A DNA stretch of 56,070 nt, counting the filler, from Sluysia triapertura (taxonomy: Eukaryota), in assembly GCA_046118255.1 (NCBI GenBank). It is 4 parts of 4 records of this genome, joined end to end, with 100 filler letters (N's around TTAATTAATTAA, not from the genome) between each part and the next. Parts side by side here need not be neighbours in the genome. Positions count along the whole stretch, not along the records: positions 42,752 to 56,070 come from JBJNIA010046791.1; 3 more parts are not named here. The stretch is one strand, 5' to 3'. A program made the position numbers and the translations under genes. Shown here piece by piece: positions 52,890 to 56,070 of this stretch (position 1 is the first letter of the stretch; each line of letters opens with the position of its first letter). The notes under the pieces are model-generated. The model saw only the letters and a list, made by a program, of their open reading frames with translations. It had not been told where the DNA came from and searched no databases.

Positions 52890-53580
52890 ATAGCAAAAAA
52901 TGATTTACAAAAATAATCGGACAGGAAGCCTTCCAAAATAAAATTATTCAATCACTTAATAAAAATCAAATTTGAAAGTAAATTAAATTTATAACTCAAA
53001 ATATTTCAAAAGAATTCGGGCAGGGAGCCTCCAAAAAATTCACGTTTAAGTGACGATAACTTAAAAATAAACTGAATATTTCCCCAAAAGTTATTTTCTT
53101 AATAAAATTTTATTAATGATTAAAATAATAAAATAATTAAAATAATTAAAAAATTACCACAGTCTTGGATTTTATTTTTTCTCATTACATTACGCTATGA
53201 TTGATTGTGTTGTTAATTTTTTAAGTATTCGCTTTTATATCTCTATATAGTCCAATCACTTTCAAACTCATAACCAGGAATTACTATTAAAGATTAAACC
53301 GACTAAAACGACTTTGACATTTACATGCTACGACCTGTAAATCAAATTTCATTTTTTCTTCTACTCTACTTGATCTATTTTTTCATGAATCACTTCTGAC
53401 ATTAAAATAACAATTATTATTATTATTGACATACTTAAAAATAATGGATTTAACTTTAGTTTTTGCAATTTAATTAATTTTCAATTCCTCACACTCAATT
53501 TTTTAATTGAAAGTGTTTAAGGTTCTCATTCCCAAACGAACCATTTCACAAACATTTCAACTTCATTTTCGAATTCTACT
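52890..53580 (+). repeat. Dispersed non-coding repeat, copy B (lacks the tRNA-like insert)
   Basis: Homologous to 44200-45170. Confidence 0.85.
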
Positions 53581-54449
53581 ATTTCATAGCAATCACTCTA
53601 TACCAACTCATCATCTCTTCATCATTCTAAATATGAAAATTTCACCAAAATTCTTCGGTTTCAAAATGATTACAAACATTTTACTTTTCATTACTCTTGC
53701 TCTGAAAATATTTCATTATGTTTATATTATCAAATAATATATTATATTATTTCACTTTTTCTTATATGTATTTTGGATTCTCTTACCTTTAAACCTATTT
53801 TTATACACTAACTGGACAATTCCAACACAATGACGATAACGGTGGTAATAAGCCTCCGAGTTGATTCAACTCTGAAATATTATTTGCTATCAAACTATTG
53901 GTTAAGCGGTACCTTTGGGTATTTCGTATTGGGTATTGACTATTAATGCATTTTTATCCGCAGTTTGTGTTTCCAACAATTTTTTTAGTTACCAATAAAG
54001 TCTGTAATATAAACAACTCAAAACAACTATTACACAAAATTCCGAGATAATAATAATATATCGATTGTGGGTCGACCTCTTTGTCCCAATTAGATATTGG
54101 TTATAATATATTATTGTGGGTTTCGCAGAAAAATCTTTCGTTGTTGTAAATTCGGATAAATATGTAAGCACAAATGACTTTTTATCCAAGATGAACAAAC
54201 TTTATTTGGTGCATATTTAATTTTAACTTACTGGTAATTTTCTGCAAGAGATTGCTTATTAAATTCTTTGAATGGCTTCCTTGCCTTATAACGACAGAAT
54301 GGTTCTGATTTTACGACTTAACTGGGAATATTAAATTCCTATTATCAAAAAATCAATAAGTGCTTTTAGCTAAAAACATTGTAATTTTGTTTTCCTTGGT
54401 CTGTATATGTAAAGATTAATTTTTACTTTGAAATAGCTAGCAGTTGTAA

Positions 54450-55530
54450 AACTTCGCCACTTTACAACTAATTCTGTAATTCCTATTTGTTCAATTTTTA
54501 AGAAAGCGGGCACTTATAAAACTGGTTAATTTATAAGCTTCTTCTTTTTCAACATAGTCATATTAATATACTCAATTTCAATATTGTAAAATGTATCCGG
54601 ATTCAATTCTATGCATTTTGCTTTTCTTGATATTTAGCTAAATATATTTCGTTCTTATTTTTACATATTATAGATATGTTGGGATTGTCCAACTGTTGAT
54701 TAGCAGGTAAGTAAGAAACATATAGAACTATAAAAACAAAGAAGAACTGATACAAGTGATGGATTAAACATTATAAACATTGTTGAAATTTGAATCATGA
54801 AAAAGAAAATATTTATAATATCAAAATTATTAAAATTAAATCACCTTTTTATATGATTCAGGTGTTGGGTATGATTCAGTAGTAGAGCCGGGTTCGATCC
54901 CCAGTTTGGACATTTTATGAAGTCTAACACAGGTTTTAATATTATATCACAATATTCCTTATACGATTCTTGATTAAATTTAACATTGAGTTTGACTTTC
55001 ATCCAAACTTCTTTTAATCTTTCTTTCATTTCTTTCTCTAATTCTTTTGATTGAAATATTTATATATATTTGGAGTCAGTGTTAAATCCACTGGTATCTT
55101 GATTCTTGTATATACATAAGATAAAAGGAGTCTCTTCAGTTGATTCGTGAATTATATTCATTATATATTCATACCAATTATTCTGTTGATCATTCGTAAA
55201 TGCGATTAGCATTTGAGCTAATGTTCTATTAACTCGTTCGACTAAATCATCAGTTTCTAGATGATAAGCAGAAGTATATATTTTTTATCACTTTGAAAAA
55301 AGGAATGAATTTCTATCATAAGTTAACTTAAAAAGTTTGCTCCTTGGTCTGTAGTTAACTTTATGAAACTGCATAGCGAAATATAATTTTTTGATAAAAA
55401 TTTTAGCTATTGTTTCAGTTCTCTGATCAGGAATAGTTTTTGCTTCGGGTTATGTGGTAAAATAATCAGAAAATACCAATATTATTTCCTTTTATTGTTT
55501 CCGGTCACGGTCACTAAATCTACAATAAAC
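54450..55530 (-). mobile_element. Ty3/gypsy integrase remnant
   Basis: EAKTIPDQRTETIAK...TTDQGANFLS...TSAYHLETDDLVERVNRTLAQML...QQNNW...ETPF...ERLKEVW...NQESYKEYCD; possible GPY/F remnant near 54500-54535; frameshifted. Confidence 0.88.
54863..54929 (+). mobile_element. Shorter copy of the tRNA-core TG...CA element, inserted in the integrase
   Basis: CAGG|TGTTGGG...TCAGTAGTAGAGCCGGGTTCGATCCCC...CATTTTATGAAGTCTAACA|CAGG; 3' tail matches the 44740-44836 copy. Confidence 0.72.
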
Positions 55531-56070
55531 AAATTTGTCAGAATTAATTATTAATTGTAGTGTATATATTAATTGTAATGTATATTTGAATAATTATTTA
55601 TTTTATATTTGTTTTACAAATTATTATCATTATTATATAATAATATTAATTTACAAAATTATAAAATATTTAATTTAAGTAAATTAAAATATTTTTTTTT
55701 AAATTTAAATAAAATAAAATTTAAATTGGAACTTCAGAAATTAATAAATTAAATTAATTCTAAATAAAAATAAATTTTAAATTTAAAAAATTTTAATAAA
55801 GAAAAATTTTTTATTTTGTTTTATTAAAATAAATTAATAAAATGGACAAAGAGAAAATGGAGGATAATAAAATGCCTATAAATAGAGTAAGAATTTTATT
55901 TTAAAGACACAAAAATTTTTTAGAAAAATTTTAAAGAAAATTTAGAAAAGAAGATTCCAGCATCCGAAGAATTTTTTAGCAGTTCCATGAATGAGTAATT
56001 TGTTAATTTTTTAAGGGCGATTCACCGTCAGGGAATCATAAAATCAGACTCAAAATATTTTTTATTTTAA

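Noticed and set aside
53900-54700. RT/RNase H downstream of integrase (Gmr1-like order)
   Set aside because: No YxDD motif; the segment reads better as an integrase GPY/F tail remnant.

Overview
Very AT-rich eukaryotic, animal-like genomic DNA. The window is four contigs (1-13784, 13885-30632, 30733-42651, 42752-56070) joined by artificial 100-nt spacers (N44-TTAATTAATTAA-N44), so adjacency across spacers means nothing. Animal origin is inferred from YIPF3, ZFAND2, CBP/p300 and BI-1 homology and from short GT-AG introns (36-70 nt). Most of the window is decayed host-gene copies and nested transposons. Gene remnants: BI-1 exon, YIPF3, ZFAND2/AIRAP, REX4/ISG20-like DEDDh exonuclease, a kinase, two Unkempt-type CCCH fingers. 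Transposons: mariner carrying a solo LTR, hAT with 8-bp TSD, Tc2/pogo-like and TA-flanked MITEs, Ty3/gypsy integrase remnant, an LTR-like family. Most notable: (1) an intronless, co-oriented, virus-like cassette (membrane-anchored ORF + RING-H2 + beta-rich ORF) in two diverged tandem copies; (2) arrays of covarying bulged hairpins behind copy 2 and again, inverted, 9 kb away; (3) a 443-codon open frame that looks like a degenerate CBP/p300 TAZ1-KIX fragment, with eight 13-aa repeats inside TAZ1; (4) a 67-97-bp TG...CA element built around a tRNA-like core, one copy with a 4-bp TSD. All homology calls are by-eye comparisons with remembered family motifs; no searches were run. Pseudogene ends are approximate.
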